Origin: an uncultured Gammaproteobacteria bacterium
Lineage (GTDB): Bacteria > Pseudomonadota > Gammaproteobacteria > JAURND01
Direction: 5' to 3'
DNA length: 64,000 nucleotides
Assembly (NCBI GenBank): GCA_963714975.1
Contig: CAVQQD010000002.1
Location: forward strand, 519,641-583,640
The notes below the pieces were generated by a model. That model was given only the letters and a program-made list of their open reading frames with translations. It searched no databases and was not told the DNA's origin. Positions 10,095 to 22,566 of this stretch are shown in pieces. Positions within the stretch are counted from its first letter, which is position 1, and the number at the start of each line of letters is the position of its first letter. The position numbers were made by a program, and so were the translations under genes.

Positions 10095-10545
10095 TTTGTT
10101 CGAGCTGTTACTCGTTTTATTTATTGTCAGTATTTTACTGATGGCTGCTGTACCTTCCGGACGGAAATTTTTAGTAGAAAAAACTACGGCTACCGCGATT
10201 AATTCTTTAGTGGCTGGTTTAAATTTTGCTCGTAGTGAGGCCATTCACCGTAGTGAAAAACTGCTATTTTGTAAGAGTTCTAATCACAAAACTTGTGGTG
10301 GAAATTGGGCCGATGGGCAGCTGGTCGTGAACCACTCAGGAGTAGTTTTGAAAGTGTTACCAGCAATCCCCAAAGCTGCGCATTTAGCGTGGAATAGTAG
10401 CGGCGGTAAAGACGATTTTCTGGAGTGGTTGCCTACAGGCTATACCAATGGTCAACGTGGCACTTTTTACTATACTGCGCCTGGAAGTCAAGCCAATTCA
10501 CAGGCGATCGTAGTTTTAAACACCGGGAGAATTAGTGTGCAATGA
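10087..10545 (+). CDS. FimT/GspH-family pseudopilin (type IV minor pilin or T2SS GspH-like) with atypical leader
   Basis: 'ARSEAIHRSEKLLFCKSS...CGGNWADGQLVV' and C-terminal 'AIVVLNTGRISV' match FimT/GspH. The N-terminal hydrophobic helix is present but lacks the canonical G-F-T-L-I-E prepilin cleavage motif ('MNNLFELLLVLFIV'). Confidence 0.6.
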   Translation: MNNLFELLLVLFIVSILLMAAVPSGRKFLVEKTTATAINSLVAGLNFARSEAIHRSEKLLFCKSSNHKTCGGNWADGQLVVNHSGVVLKVLPAIPKAAHLAWNSSGGKDDFLEWLPTGYTNGQRGTFYYTAPGSQANSQAIVVLNTGRISVQ

Positions 10546-11782
10546 ATTCTAGGAGAGGGGAGGTGCTGTCCAGAGCATTTTTAATCTCATCCATCATCCC
10601 ATAAAAATCTGGGTTGTAGTTTAAGCGTTGAATTACATGATGAAGTAAATTGGTCGGCTGCAGTGATCCAAGATAAATGTCGCCTAATTTGGGCGGTACG
10701 GAATGGGGATAATGGATGAATTCTTGATAATCTCCTTGTCTGCCATAATGAGGATTCTCGGGAGAATTGGGGATGCTTGTATGAGCAAAATCTAAGATTT
10801 TTTCTTCGGGAAAATAACTGCTGCGCTCAATGATACGTGGATCTGGCAGATGGAGTGGTTTTTTTGTATAAACTAGTAAACGATTTTGCGGGTTTTGATA
10901 GTGGCTAAAAAAATCATAAACAGCCTTGGTGACAATGACTTCATCCTCATGACTGAGAGCGATAAATAGTTGGGGTAGCTGAGGATTTAATGCCAGTAAT
11001 CGGCGAGTTCTTTGGATTAATCGATAGCATTGATAACCCGCATTAAAGCAAAAGGACTCATATTTAGCATAATTTTTGAGTGGTGATCGTTTGTACCATT
11101 TAAGTGCATTAAAAGCCCAATCAATTAAGTGGAACCAAACGCTTAAACGAATGATTCCCTCTCCATAGAATTTTAAGGCGGGAGCAAATAGGATTAAGCC
11201 TTGGATATGGCTATTATTGATAGCTTGGTCGAGGGCCAAAATTGCCCCTGTTGAATGTCCCCCTATATAGACCTGATCTACAACTTTCGTCAATTCTTTG
11301 ATCCCATAGTGGGCTGCCTTAATCCATTCTTGATAACGAATATTAAGTAAATCGCCAGGTACGGTACCATGACCTGGAAGCAATAGCCCATACACTAAAA
11401 AGCCTTGCTCTTGCAATTGACGACCTACATCGCGCATACCAAAGGGAGAATCATAAAGACCATGAATTAATAAAATGCCACGACGTATTGAAGATGATTT
11501 TGTGGGCTCAAAGATAAAGGGGCTATTTGCTGCTATGATATGCTCCTGGTGAATATTTTCATGCGATGATAAATCCAGGCGAGCTTGGCGGATCATTTTT
11601 TGAGTTTCCGCGATATAGGAAGAAAAAGATAATCCTTCACCAATAAATTGGTTATTTAGGCCTGAGGGTTTTAGTAATCGCGGATCATAGTACATGCGGC
11701 TATCATAGCAAAAATTAACTAGCAATTCCCACTGCTTCAGAGCTACAGGACCTGATAACCTTGAAGTGATATAGTACTTCAC
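10532..11782 (-). CDS. Alpha/beta-hydrolase fold protein (lysophospholipase/esterase-like)
   Basis: Nucleophile elbow 'GHSTG' and oxyanion region 'ILLIHGLYDSPFG'; 416 aa. Confidence 0.65.
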   Translation of the reverse strand: MKYYITSRLSGPVALKQWELLVNFCYDSRMYYDPRLLKPSGLNNQFIGEGLSFSSYIAETQKMIRQARLDLSSHENIHQEHIIAANSPFIFEPTKSSSIRRGILLIHGLYDSPFGMRDVGRQLQEQGFLVYGLLLPGHGTVPGDLLNIRYQEWIKAAHYGIKELTKVVDQVYIGGHSTGAILALDQAINNSHIQGLILFAPALKFYGEGIIRLSVWFHLIDWAFNALKWYKRSPLKNYAKYESFCFNAGYQCYRLIQRTRRLLALNPQLPQLFIALSHEDEVIVTKAVYDFFSHYQNPQNRLLVYTKKPLHLPDPRIIERSSYFPEEKILDFAHTSIPNSPENPHYGRQGDYQEFIHYPHSVPPKLGDIYLGSLQPTNLLHHVIQRLNYNPDFYGMMDEIKNALDSTSPLLEFIAH

Positions 11783-11799
11783 AGCCTGGAGAGTTTGAA

Positions 11800-13209
11800 A
11801 TGGTGTTTAATCGTGATTATTTGTCCCAGATATTGCAGCAATTAAATTTACCACCTCAGATTATGGTTGCTTATAGCGGCGGCTTAGATTCCCACGCGCT
11901 GTTATATGCCCTAGTTGAGTTACGCAACTTAAATCCAGGACTTTCCTTGCGGGCAGTGCATATCGATCATGGCCTTAGTGCGCGTTCCGTCGAATGGAGT
12001 GCGCATTGTGTTAGGGTATGTCAACAATTAGCAATCGAATGTATCATCAAGAAAATCCAAGTTATAGCCGCCGAGGATAGTTTGGAAGAAGTGGCGCGAA
12101 ATTTAAGATATGCCGCTTTCGCTGAAATAATGATGCCCGGCGAATGTCTGGTGACGGCACACACCGTGGATGATCAAGCCGAAACCGTCTTGCTGCAATT
12201 ATTGCGAGGAGCAGGCATTCCAGGTTTGGCAGCAATGCCCGTGGTTAAACCATTGGGACCGGGTAAATTAGCTCGCCCGCTATTATCCATAAGTCGAGCA
12301 GCATTACATACTTTTGCGTGCGAAAAGCAATTACGTTGGATTGAAGATGAAAGTAACTTAAATACTAATTTTGATCGCAATTTTATTCGCCATCAGGTCT
12401 TGCCGATACTACGAAAGCGTTGGCCCAGTACGGCTAAAGTAATCGCCCGAACCGCGCGCCATTGTGCAGAAGCCAATGATTTACTAGCCGAACTTGCCAC
12501 ATCTGCAATTCCCGCTGAAGCCCTGTTCCCCGACGGGTCCTGCCGCGCGGGCAACCCGCCGTGCTCGCACACTGCGCGCGGCGTTGTTGCCCCACGCGTC
12601 ACCCGTCGGCCAAAGTACTATAGAGCGGAAATTGCTGATTCCATACTGGGCGGAAGGAGGGGAAATTTCGCGTTAACCATCTCATGCTTACAATCATTTG
12701 ATCCTAGTCAGCAAAAAAATGTATTGCGGGTGTGGCTGCGATCTCAGCAGTTTCGGGTGCCAAGTGAGGTGAAATTACATCAATTACAACAAGACTTTTT
12801 ACACTCCAAAGCGAGTGCAACGCCCTATATGCAATGGGCGGGAGTAGAGGTGCGACGTTTTAAGGATAATTTATACGCCATGCCACCCTTGTCCGCTCAT
12901 GATCCCGGAATAATCCTAACTTGGGATTTGCACCAGCCCCTGGCTTTACCCTCAGGTATCGGCGTTTTGCAACCGCACATGCTGGCAGCAGAAGGTGTCG
13001 ATCTCTCAAATGGTTCTTTAGTGACGATCCGTTTTCGGCAGGGGGGCGAACGGTTTAAGCCAGCAGGCCGTTTTGGGTCTCATCCTTTAAAAAAACTTTT
13101 TCAAGAATGGCAAGTACCGCCTTGGCTGCGTGATCGTATACCGCTCATTTATTTGGAAGGACATTTGGTCGCCGTGATTTGGCGGCCTTTTATTAGGGAT
13201 GTGGAGTAA
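11800..13209 (+). CDS. tilS: tRNA(Ile)-lysidine synthetase, carrying an in-frame GC-rich repeat insertion
   Basis: PP-loop 'AYSGGLDSHALL'; TilS C-terminal domain. The region 12527-12612 (about 70% GC) is translated as 'PDGSCRAGNPPCSHTARGVVAPRVTRRPKYY' and is paralogous to an insertion in nlpD. Confidence 0.85.
   Translation: MVFNRDYLSQILQQLNLPPQIMVAYSGGLDSHALLYALVELRNLNPGLSLRAVHIDHGLSARSVEWSAHCVRVCQQLAIECIIKKIQVIAAEDSLEEVARNLRYAAFAEIMMPGECLVTAHTVDDQAETVLLQLLRGAGIPGLAAMPVVKPLGPGKLARPLLSISRAALHTFACEKQLRWIEDESNLNTNFDRNFIRHQVLPILRKRWPSTAKVIARTARHCAEANDLLAELATSAIPAEALFPDGSCRAGNPPCSHTARGVVAPRVTRRPKYYRAEIADSILGGRRGNFALTISCLQSFDPSQQKNVLRVWLRSQQFRVPSEVKLHQLQQDFLHSKASATPYMQWAGVEVRRFKDNLYAMPPLSAHDPGIILTWDLHQPLALPSGIGVLQPHMLAAEGVDLSNGSLVTIRFRQGGERFKPAGRFGSHPLKKLFQEWQVPPWLRDRIPLIYLEGHLVAVIWRPFIRDVE
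12527..12612. repeat. GC-rich palindromic element (family 'gttgccccacgcgtcacccgtcgg') inserted in frame in tilS
   Basis: Inverted termini ccgacgggt ... acccgtcgg; shares 24-bp and 20-bp modules with 22858-22922 inside nlpD. Confidence 0.75.
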
Positions 13210-13486
13210 TGGCTAAGATAGTGATTGCTTTTTTATTAGGTCCATAATACCAAAAAATGCGATAAGCTGCCGGAGTGTTATTTTCAGCATAAGCTTCAAA
13301 AATTTCTTCCCCATGAGGTCCCTGCAGGGAAGAGAATTTATGAGTATTAAGACTTGAGTGTTTAGGGTTTGTTTCTAAGTAGCCTAAGGCTTTACGGACA
13401 GCTTTAAAGCGTTTTGATAACGCAGCACTTTGTTCAAGTTCATCTAAATCATGACTGGCTTGGGTACTAAATAATAGTTTGAACAT
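13193..13486 (-). CDS. RelE/ParE-superfamily toxin-like protein (type II TA toxin candidate)
   Basis: 97 aa, starting 19 bp downstream of the antitoxin-like gene; C-terminal 'YRIFWYYGPNKKAITILAITPHP' resembles the RelE/ParE/YoeB C-terminus. Family assignment tentative. Confidence 0.45.
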   Translation of the reverse strand: MFKLLFSTQASHDLDELEQSAALSKRFKAVRKALGYLETNPKHSSLNTHKFSSLQGPHGEEIFEAYAENNTPAAYRIFWYYGPNKKAITILAITPHP

Positions 13487-13504
13487 TTCAATTGTAATTG
13501 TTAG

Positions 13505-13777
13505 TTAGTCGATATCATCCTCATCGACATATTTTGCAAAGCTGCCTTTTTCGTGGACTTGCTGTGAAGCAGCATCTTTTATTCCTTGTGCCACTTTTTT
13601 CAAAGCAGCTTTATTATCAAATAACCATTTTTCGCGTGCTGGGATTTCGGTATAAGGCTCTAAAATAATTCGGTCATCTTTATCTTTTTTGATTAAAAAT
13701 CCACTCACACCCTCTGCCCATCGACCTAGGGTAATTCTGCCTTTGGAATCTGGTCTTACCATTTTTACACATTTCAT
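13505..13777 (-). CDS. AbrB/MazE/SpoVT-type swapped-hairpin antitoxin-like protein
   Basis: Start at 'MKCVKMVRPDSKGRITLGRWAEGVSGFLIKKDKDDRIILEP' preceded by GAGGTGAG SD and a TTGAAT-17-TATTCT promoter. The longer ORF in the track reads through upstream receiver-domain remnant and a repeat. Confidence 0.5.
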   Translation of the reverse strand: MKCVKMVRPDSKGRITLGRWAEGVSGFLIKKDKDDRIILEPYTEIPAREKWLFDNKAALKKVAQGIKDAASQQVHEKGSFAKYVDEDDID

Positions 13778-13785
13778 TTCACTCA

Positions 13786-13860
13786 CCTCACAAAAAAGAA
13801 TAGCCCTATGTGGGATATAATTCAAGTGGGAAATAAGAAAATGTCGGAACTCAGTGAAAA
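13786..13860. promoter_or_regulatory. Promoter/leader of the antitoxin gene (-35 TTGAAT, 17 bp, -10 TATTCT, SD GAGGTGAG); first copy of a duplicated ~70-bp segment
   Basis: Read on the minus strand; second copy at 14455-14525. Confidence 0.5.
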
Positions 13861-13861
13861 T

Positions 13862-13925
13862 GTCCCCATAAAAACTCAATAGAAATCCCCCTTTGAAAAA
13901 GGGGGGGTAGGGATTAAAGAGGTTG
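13862..13925. repeat. Dispersed palindromic element (ccccctttgaaaaaggggg / gggtaggg family)
   Basis: aaatccccctttgaaaaagggggggtagggatt; related copies at 2916-2983 and 24530-24645. Confidence 0.7.
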
Positions 13926-13989
13926 ACAACTACACAGCCAACGAACGGCGGCCGTTCTTGATTCTCAAAAAAGTAACCTGTTGGTGGCT

Positions 13990-14351
13990 GCGACAAAACT
14001 AATCTATTTAGTATTTGTTCGCATAATTCATATAGTACGGGTTTGTGCAGAAATCCGCCTAATTCTAGGTTTCGCGCTTCAGTTTTTAGTTTTTCATCCC
14101 CATGCGCGGTGGCGATGAGAATTGGTGTTTGGCTATATAGGGCCTGGGCTGTGCCGAAACTGGCGAGCAACTTCCATCCCATTTAAGTCGGGCAGACCCA
14201 GGTCACAGATGATTAACAGGTAGGGGTTATGCAGCTTCTCCAATGCGACTAGCCCACAATTGGCTATATCCACATGACAACCAAGCTGTTTAAAGGAGCC
14301 GCTGATGGCGCGGGTGGCCATTGGTTCGTCATCTCTGAAGGATGAAGACAT
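13990..14351 (-). pseudogene. Single-domain CheY-like response-regulator receiver, frameshifted
   Basis: N-terminal piece 'MSSSFRDDEPMATRAISGSFKQLGCHVDIANCGLVALEKLHNPYLLIICDLGLPDLNGMEVARQFR' and, in another frame, 'TPILIATAHGDEKLKTEARNLELGGFLHKPVLYELCEQILNRL'. Frame change near 14140-14180. Confidence 0.55.
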
Positions 14352-14362
14352 TAATAATTTGA

Positions 14363-14410
14363 TGGATGCTACTTTTAGAGATGGTTCTACTATAAGAAGC
14401 ACGTGGTAGT
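14363..14410. repeat. Direct repeat (about 48 bp, 85% identical) with 15153-15200; encodes a paralogous C-terminal tail '...DATFRDGSTIRSTW*'
   Basis: gatgctacttttagagatggttctactataagaagcacgtggtagtaa versus gatggtacttttggaaatgatgctactataagaagtacgcggtagtaa. Confidence 0.7.
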
Positions 14411-14454
14411 AATTAAATGAAATAGTGTTTCTTTGTTATCTTTTATTTGTTTCA

Positions 14455-14525
14455 CATACCTCACCTCACAAAGAAGAATGGCCTAATGTGGGATGTAATT
14501 CAAGTGAGAAACAAGAAAAACATAT
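14455..14525. repeat. Second copy of the antitoxin promoter/SD/ATG segment, here followed immediately by a stop (ATG TGA), upstream of the receiver gene
   Basis: cacctcacaaagaagaatggcctaatgtgggatgtaattcaagtgagaaacaagaaaa, about 88% identical to 13786-13860. Confidence 0.65.
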
Positions 14526-14714
14526 GTTGAAATGATTAATTGCCTTTCTTTATTGAGTGTGATAAGTTTTCTAAGATTTTTAACAAAAAATATTGTAACT
14601 ATTCACCACAATTTTGGTTGCAATACTCCTTCTCCCCTTGTGGGAGAAAGAGTTCGCCCCATATCATGCTGAATGGTTACAAAATATTTTTAACTACATA
14701 TATAGAGGTGATTT

Positions 14715-15197
14715 ATGGCGGAGATCAGCATTGAAAGCAAAAGACCTGCGCAGCCAGGGTTTTTTGAAAGATTAATTTTACCTCCAGCACGATTAAATAA
14801 AGAGGATGAGATTATTAAAGGCTTTACTCTTGAGGGAAAAGAAAAAGAAAAAGAAAAAGAACAACTGATAAATTGGGTAAATAATAGCAAGTTTTGGCTC
14901 TGGGAAGGTAGGCTTGGAGCTATATTGTTTGGTGTGCTAGATACGACCCTCATTAGTATGCATTTTGGTTATGGGCAGAAGGCTAGCCCAAGTGATGTAG
15001 GCCTATATTTTATCGGATTGCTATCCGCGGTGTTTTTATATTTCGTTGTTAAGGGTGTCGTGGGTTATTGCTGTAAATTACAGGGCATCGCGGACTTGAC
15101 TGAGAGCTTACAACAAAAGAACTGGGGGGAGGATGAGATTAATAAGGTGATAGATGGTACTTTTGGAAATGATGCTACTATAAGAAGTACGCGGTAG
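14715..15197 (+). CDS. Hypothetical membrane protein with internal (GAAAAA)4 microsatellite encoding KEKEKEKE
   Basis: AGAGGTGA RBS before the ATG; two hydrophobic segments; hexanucleotide repeat at 14834-14858. Its C-terminal tail is duplicated at 14363-14410. Confidence 0.5.
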   Translation: MAEISIESKRPAQPGFFERLILPPARLNKEDEIIKGFTLEGKEKEKEKEQLINWVNNSKFWLWEGRLGAILFGVLDTTLISMHFGYGQKASPSDVGLYFIGLLSAVFLYFVVKGVVGYCCKLQGIADLTESLQQKNWGEDEINKVIDGTFGNDATIRSTR

Positions 15198-15261
15198 TAA
15201 GCAATCCATACCTCGGTTTGTAGATCAACTAGGTCCTCGTTTTTTCGTAACCATCCACCAC

Positions 15262-15422
15262 GATTTTGCCTCTCCCCTTGTGGGAGAGGCCGCCGCGCCG
15301 TAAGGCGCGCGGGTGAGGGGTAGGCAGCATTTAGCTAATAAAATGCTTCTTGCTGATTTCAAGGTTACCCCTCATCCGCCCTTTCGGGCACCTTCTCCCA
15401 CAAGGGGAGAAGGATCAATAGA
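15262..15422. repeat. Two adjacent dispersed palindromic elements (gggagaagg family) in the pyrG upstream region
   Basis: ctctccccttgtgggagaggccgccgcgccgtaaggcgcgcgggtgagggg and cccctcatccgccctttcgggcaccttctcccacaaggggagaagg. Confidence 0.7.
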
Positions 15423-15462
15423 CTGGGTCTGCTCTTGTTGTTAAAATGCCAGCTGTTCCTGA

Positions 15463-17298
<1,836 letters not shown>

Positions 17299-17302
17299 TT
17301 TC

Positions 17303-18121
17303 GTGAAAATCGGTCCCTATCAGGTAGGTATCCAACATCCCTTTTTTTTAATTGCGGGTCCTTGTGTCATTGAAAGCGAGCAGCTCGCTTTAGATACGGC
17401 GGCAGAATTGCAAGCAGTAACCCAAAGTTTGAATATTCCTTTTATTTATAAGTCTTCTTTTGATAAGGCAAATCGTACCTCAAATAAAAGTTTTCGTGGT
17501 TTGGGATTTGAAAAAGGCTTGCAAATCCTAGAAAAAGTGAAAAATAGCTTAGGGGTTTTGGTGCTAACCGATGTACACGAGGATACGCCTTTGCAGGAAG
17601 TGGCGCAGGTGGTGGATGTGTTACAGACCCCAGCCTTTTTATGTCGGCAAACTAATTTTATTCAAAAAGTAGCTGCTTGCGGCAAGCCCATGAATATCAA
17701 AAAGGGACAATTTTTGGCGCCGGGGGACATGTCCCATGTGGTTGAAAAAGCCCAGGCGATGGGGAATCAACAAATAATGGTTTGTGAACGTGGGGTGTCA
17801 TTTGGGTATAACAATTTAGTTGCGGATATGCGTTCTTTAATGATCATGCGCCAGTGTGGTGTTCCTGTGGTGTTTGATGCTACCCATTCAGTGCAACTTC
17901 CAGGAGGAGCAGGAGGTAAATCCGGTGGGCAGCGCGAATTTATCCCTGCCTTAGCACGAGCTGCTATGGCGGTTGGGATTGCAGGGATATTTATGGAAAC
18001 TCATCCCGACCCGGATAAAGCTTTAAGTGATGGCCCTAATTCATGGCCCTTAAATAAAATGCCTGCATTATTGAAAACATTGCAAGCTATTGATCAGATA
18101 GTTAAGGCGAAAGAAGGATAA
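17303..18121 (+). CDS. kdsA: 2-dehydro-3-deoxyphosphooctonate aldolase (KDO-8-P synthase)
   Basis: '[14 protein letters not shown]', 'DVHE', '[16 protein letters not shown]'; strong KdsA similarity; GTG start. Confidence 0.9.
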   Translation: MKIGPYQVGIQHPFFLIAGPCVIESEQLALDTAAELQAVTQSLNIPFIYKSSFDKANRTSNKSFRGLGFEKGLQILEKVKNSLGVLVLTDVHEDTPLQEVAQVVDVLQTPAFLCRQTNFIQKVAACGKPMNIKKGQFLAPGDMSHVVEKAQAMGNQQIMVCERGVSFGYNNLVADMRSLMIMRQCGVPVVFDATHSVQLPGGAGGKSGGQREFIPALARAAMAVGIAGIFMETHPDPDKALSDGPNSWPLNKMPALLKTLQAIDQIVKAKEG

Positions 18122-19445
<1,324 letters not shown>

Positions 19446-19724
19446 GTGAAACCAGCAACGATCTTTCTAGTTTCGTTAGTAATTTTACTTGCTGTATTGC
19501 AATATAAACTTTGGGTCTCTCCCGAGGGGGTCCCCCAATTTTGGAAATTAAAACATAGCATTCAGCAAGTACATAAAGAAAATGCAGTTCTCCAAGAAAG
19601 AAATGCTTGGGTAGTGAGGGAGGTCAAGGAATTAAAGCATGGTATGGACGGAGTTGAAGAACGCGCTCGTGATGATTTTGGTTTAACTAAACAAGGGGAA
19701 GTTTTTTATCAGATTGTTGAATAA
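19446..19724 (+). CDS. ftsB: Cell division protein FtsB
   Basis: GTG start at the TM helix 'VKPATIFLVSLVILLAVLQYKLW'; coiled coil; C-terminal 'EERARDDFGLTKQGEVFYQIV' matches FtsB. The track's longer N-terminus is repeat-derived. Confidence 0.75.
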   Translation: MKPATIFLVSLVILLAVLQYKLWVSPEGVPQFWKLKHSIQQVHKENAVLQERNAWVVREVKELKHGMDGVEERARDDFGLTKQGEVFYQIVE

Positions 19725-20463
19725 TTCCTTGGCCCCCCTCACCCTAACCCTCTCCCACGAGGGGAGAGGGGATTTTATAAAATACTGGGCTATTATTCCT
19801 GCTGCAGGTCTTGGTAGACGGTTTGGTTCTGACACGCCGAAACAATACCTAATGCTCAAGGATAAAACTATCTTAGAACATACCCTCAATGTTCTCTTAT
19901 CCTATCCTTTGTTTCAAAAAATAGTCGTTGTGCTAGCTTCAGCAGATCCTTATTGGTCAACATTAACATTACCCAGTCGCACTAAAGAGCGGATTATCTG
20001 CGTTACTGGGGGCCAAGAGCGTTACATTTCGGTATATCAAGGTCTGGAAGTCCTTGATAAAATAGCCGCTCCTGAGGATTGGGTACTGGTGCATGATGCG
20101 GTGCGCCCTTGTCTTAACCATGCTGATTTAGATCGGCTTATCCAGGCATTAAAAGATCATCCCGTAGGAGGGCTACTTGGCATTCCAGCGCAGGACAGTT
20201 TAAAAGCAGTTGATCCACAGCAGAATGTGCAGCACACCGTAGATCGATCCAACATTTGGCAAGCGCAATCACCACAAATGTTTCGGTTCAATAAATTAAA
20301 GCAAGCTTTGGAAAAAGTGATTCGAGAACAACAGTCAGTGACTGATGATGCGGGGGCCATTCAGCTATTAGGCGAATCACCCCTGATGGTTGAAGGTAGT
20401 CGAGAGAACATAAAAATAACACGTCCCGAAGATTTGTTACTGGCAGAGAAGTTTATGCTATAA
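19714..20463 (+). CDS. ispD: 2-C-methyl-D-erythritol 4-phosphate cytidylyltransferase with N-terminal 20 aa encoded by a repeat element
   Basis: 'AIIPAAGLGRRFGSDTPKQYL' IspD motif. The only in-frame start is the ATG at 19714, so 'MLNNSLAPLTLTLSHEGRGD' (repeat 19735-19780) is translated. Confidence 0.85.
   Translation: MLNNSLAPLTLTLSHEGRGDFIKYWAIIPAAGLGRRFGSDTPKQYLMLKDKTILEHTLNVLLSYPLFQKIVVVLASADPYWSTLTLPSRTKERIICVTGGQERYISVYQGLEVLDKIAAPEDWVLVHDAVRPCLNHADLDRLIQALKDHPVGGLLGIPAQDSLKAVDPQQNVQHTVDRSNIWQAQSPQMFRFNKLKQALEKVIREQQSVTDDAGAIQLLGESPLMVEGSRENIKITRPEDLLLAEKFML
19735..19780. repeat. Dispersed palindromic element (gggagaggg family) forming the 5' coding end of ispD
   Basis: cccctcaccctaaccctctcccacgaggggagagggga. 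Confidence 0.7.
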
Positions 20464-20600
20464 ATCCCCTCTCCCGCTTGCGAGAGCGGGTGCTGAAGGG
20501 GAACGTCGTCCCGGCATGGATGCCGGGATCCAGGGCATAAGGACATGAAACTTTAACGTCCTTGTTAACTGGATCCCGGCATCCTGCCGGGACGACGGTT
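20464..20600. repeat. Composite repeat between ispD and ispF: short gggagaggg-type palindrome plus about 100-bp 'cgtcgtcccggcatggatgccgggatcca...ggatcccggcatcctgccgggacgacg' element
   Basis: Long inverted termini acgtcgtcccggcatggatgccgggatcca / tggatcccggcatcctgccgggacgacg; paralogs at 37391-37488 and 44848-44946, partial at 24041-24117. Confidence 0.8.
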
Positions 20601-20611
20601 GGGGGAACATT

Positions 20612-21121
20612 ATGCGCATTGGCCATGGTTTTGATATTCATTGCTTCGAGCCAGAAAAACCTCTGATGTTAGGTGGCGTTCATATTCCTTTCCCGCAAGG
20701 GATGAAAGCCCATTCCGATGGTGATGTTCTCTTACATGCCCTCTGCGATGCTTTGTTGGGTGCCTTAGCTTTGGGCGATATTGGCCAACATTTTCCCGAT
20801 ACTGACCCTGAGTTTCGTTTGGCGGATAGCCGTCAGCTTTTGAGAAATGTGCTAGTATTGATAGAGAGTCATGGTTATGTTGTTGAAAATATAGATGCGA
20901 CAGTGATTGCCCAAGTCCCAAAACTCTCGCCTTATATTGAGCCAATGCGAGTCAATATAGCCCATGATTTAACAATTGACACGCAGTGTGTCAGCATTAA
21001 GGCAACTACGATGGAAAAACTGGGTCCGATTGGAGCAGGTCAAGCCATTGCAGTGCACGCCGTTGTTTTGTTAAAACGTAAGACAGAGGGTGTGCCAAAG
21101 AATGAACATACTCGTTTGTAA
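20612..21121 (+). CDS. ispF: 2-C-methyl-D-erythritol 2,4-cyclodiphosphate synthase
   Basis: 'GHGFDIHCF...HSDGDVLLHALCDALLGA' IspF metal-binding motifs; short C-terminal extension overlapping surE. Confidence 0.9.
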   Translation: MRIGHGFDIHCFEPEKPLMLGGVHIPFPQGMKAHSDGDVLLHALCDALLGALALGDIGQHFPDTDPEFRLADSRQLLRNVLVLIESHGYVVENIDATVIAQVPKLSPYIEPMRVNIAHDLTIDTQCVSIKATTMEKLGPIGAGQAIAVHAVVLLKRKTEGVPKNEHTRL

Positions 21122-21872
21122 TGATGATGGAGTCTATGCAGAGGGAATGCGCTTATTAGCAAATTCTCTGCGTAAAATTGGCAAAGTGACCATTATTGCG
21201 CCAGATCGTAATCGTAGTGGTGCTAGCAACTCCTTAACTCTTGACCATCCCGTGCGGGTAAAAGCCTTGGAAGAAAACGTTATCAGTGTTGAAGGCACTC
21301 CCACCGACTGCGTGCATTTGGCGCTAACTGGCTTATTAAAAGAACCGCAAGATATCGTTGTTTCAGGTGTCAATGAGGGTTCGAATTTAGGTGACGACGT
21401 GTTGTATTCAGGCACCGTAGCGGCTGCTATTGAGGGACGCTTTTTAGGATTACCGGCAATCGCAATTTCCCTGGGCGCCCAAGGAGGTGTGAATGCCTTG
21501 ACTTCCTTGTATTATGAAACTGCTTGTCATGTGGCTTCTCGTCTAGTGCAGCATCTCAATGCCGATCCCTTACCAGCTACTACCATTCTGAATATCAATG
21601 TGCCTAATGTGCCATTACAAGAATTAGTTGGGTATCAGGTGACTCGCTTAGGGACGCGCCATCAGGCCGAACCGACTATCCGTCAGCTAGATCCTCGAGG
21701 GCGTCCGGTGTATTGGGTCGGCCCCCCAGGTTTAGAGCAAGATGCAGGGCCAGGAACTGATTTTCATGCTATTCACTCCCGATGTGTATCAATCACGCCT
21801 TTGCAGGTTGATTTCACTCACTATCAAGTGTTCGATCAACTCGTTAAATGGATCGATGGACTAAAAGAATAA
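21102..21872 (+). CDS. surE: 5'/3'-nucleotidase SurE
   Basis: 'MNILVCNDDGVYAEG...PDRNRSGASNSLTL' canonical SurE N-terminus. Confidence 0.9.
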   Translation: MNILVCNDDGVYAEGMRLLANSLRKIGKVTIIAPDRNRSGASNSLTLDHPVRVKALEENVISVEGTPTDCVHLALTGLLKEPQDIVVSGVNEGSNLGDDVLYSGTVAAAIEGRFLGLPAIAISLGAQGGVNALTSLYYETACHVASRLVQHLNADPLPATTILNINVPNVPLQELVGYQVTRLGTRHQAEPTIRQLDPRGRPVYWVGPPGLEQDAGPGTDFHAIHSRCVSITPLQVDFTHYQVFDQLVKWIDGLKE

Positions 21873-21919
21873 TCTATGTAAATATGCCGCATAAAATCCC
21901 TCTGCTAATAAACCTCGGC

Positions 21920-21982
21920 ATTGTTCCTTCTCCCCTTGTGGGAGAAGGTGGCCGCAGGCCGGATGAGGGGAGAGGGGTAATA
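21920..21982. repeat. Dispersed palindromic element (gggagaagg family) whose end GAGGGGAGAGGGG supplies the SD for the next gene
   Basis: ttccttctccccttgtgggagaaggtggccgcaggccggatgaggggagaggggtaat ATG. Confidence 0.7.
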
Positions 21983-22566
21983 TGCGTCTTTTTTCTAAAT
22001 TATATAATCTGGTGATGAGTTGGTCTCAAAATCGTCATGCCCCTTATTACTTAGGTGCGGTCAGTTTTATTGAGTCTTCCCTATTTCCTATTCCCCCTGA
22101 TGTCATGTTAGCGCCGATGGTGATGGCCAAACCTGAGTCTGCTTGGCGCTATGCAGCATTGACAACTATCGCTTCGGTGTTGGGGGCGTTGTTTGGCTAT
22201 GTATTAGGCATGTTTTTTTTCCATTGGATCATGCCTTATTTTGAGCATTTGGGTTATCTCTCTGCCTACCAGCATGTGCAAACATGGTTTGCCGAATGGG
22301 GGGGCTGGGTTTTACTCGTGGTGGGTTTTACGCCCATTCCGTTTAAACTATTTACCATTGGCGCGGGAGCTCTGCATATGAGCTTGCTACCTTTTACTGT
22401 AGGGGTCTTTGTGGGAAGGGGTATGCGTTTTTATTTGGTATCTGGGTTTATGAAGTGGGGTGGAGCTAGCATGGATGCATTACTGCGACGCAGTGTTGAT
22501 TGGATTGGCTGGAGTGTAGTTGGTCTGATTATCGCAGGATATAGCATTTATGCCCTTTGGAAATAA
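21982..22566 (+). CDS. YqaA/DedA-related inner-membrane protein
   Basis: 'SFIESSLFPIPPDVMLAPM' aligns with the YqaA N-terminus; 4-5 TM segments. Confidence 0.6.
   Translation: MRLFSKLYNLVMSWSQNRHAPYYLGAVSFIESSLFPIPPDVMLAPMVMAKPESAWRYAALTTIASVLGALFGYVLGMFFFHWIMPYFEHLGYLSAYQHVQTWFAEWGGWVLLVVGFTPIPFKLFTIGAGALHMSLLPFTVGVFVGRGMRFYLVSGFMKWGGASMDALLRRSVDWIGWSVVGLIIAGYSIYALWK

Noticed and set aside
14540-14734. 64-aa ORF between the receiver gene and the 14715 gene
   Set aside because: Runs through a dispersed repeat copy (14625-14660) and has no RBS.
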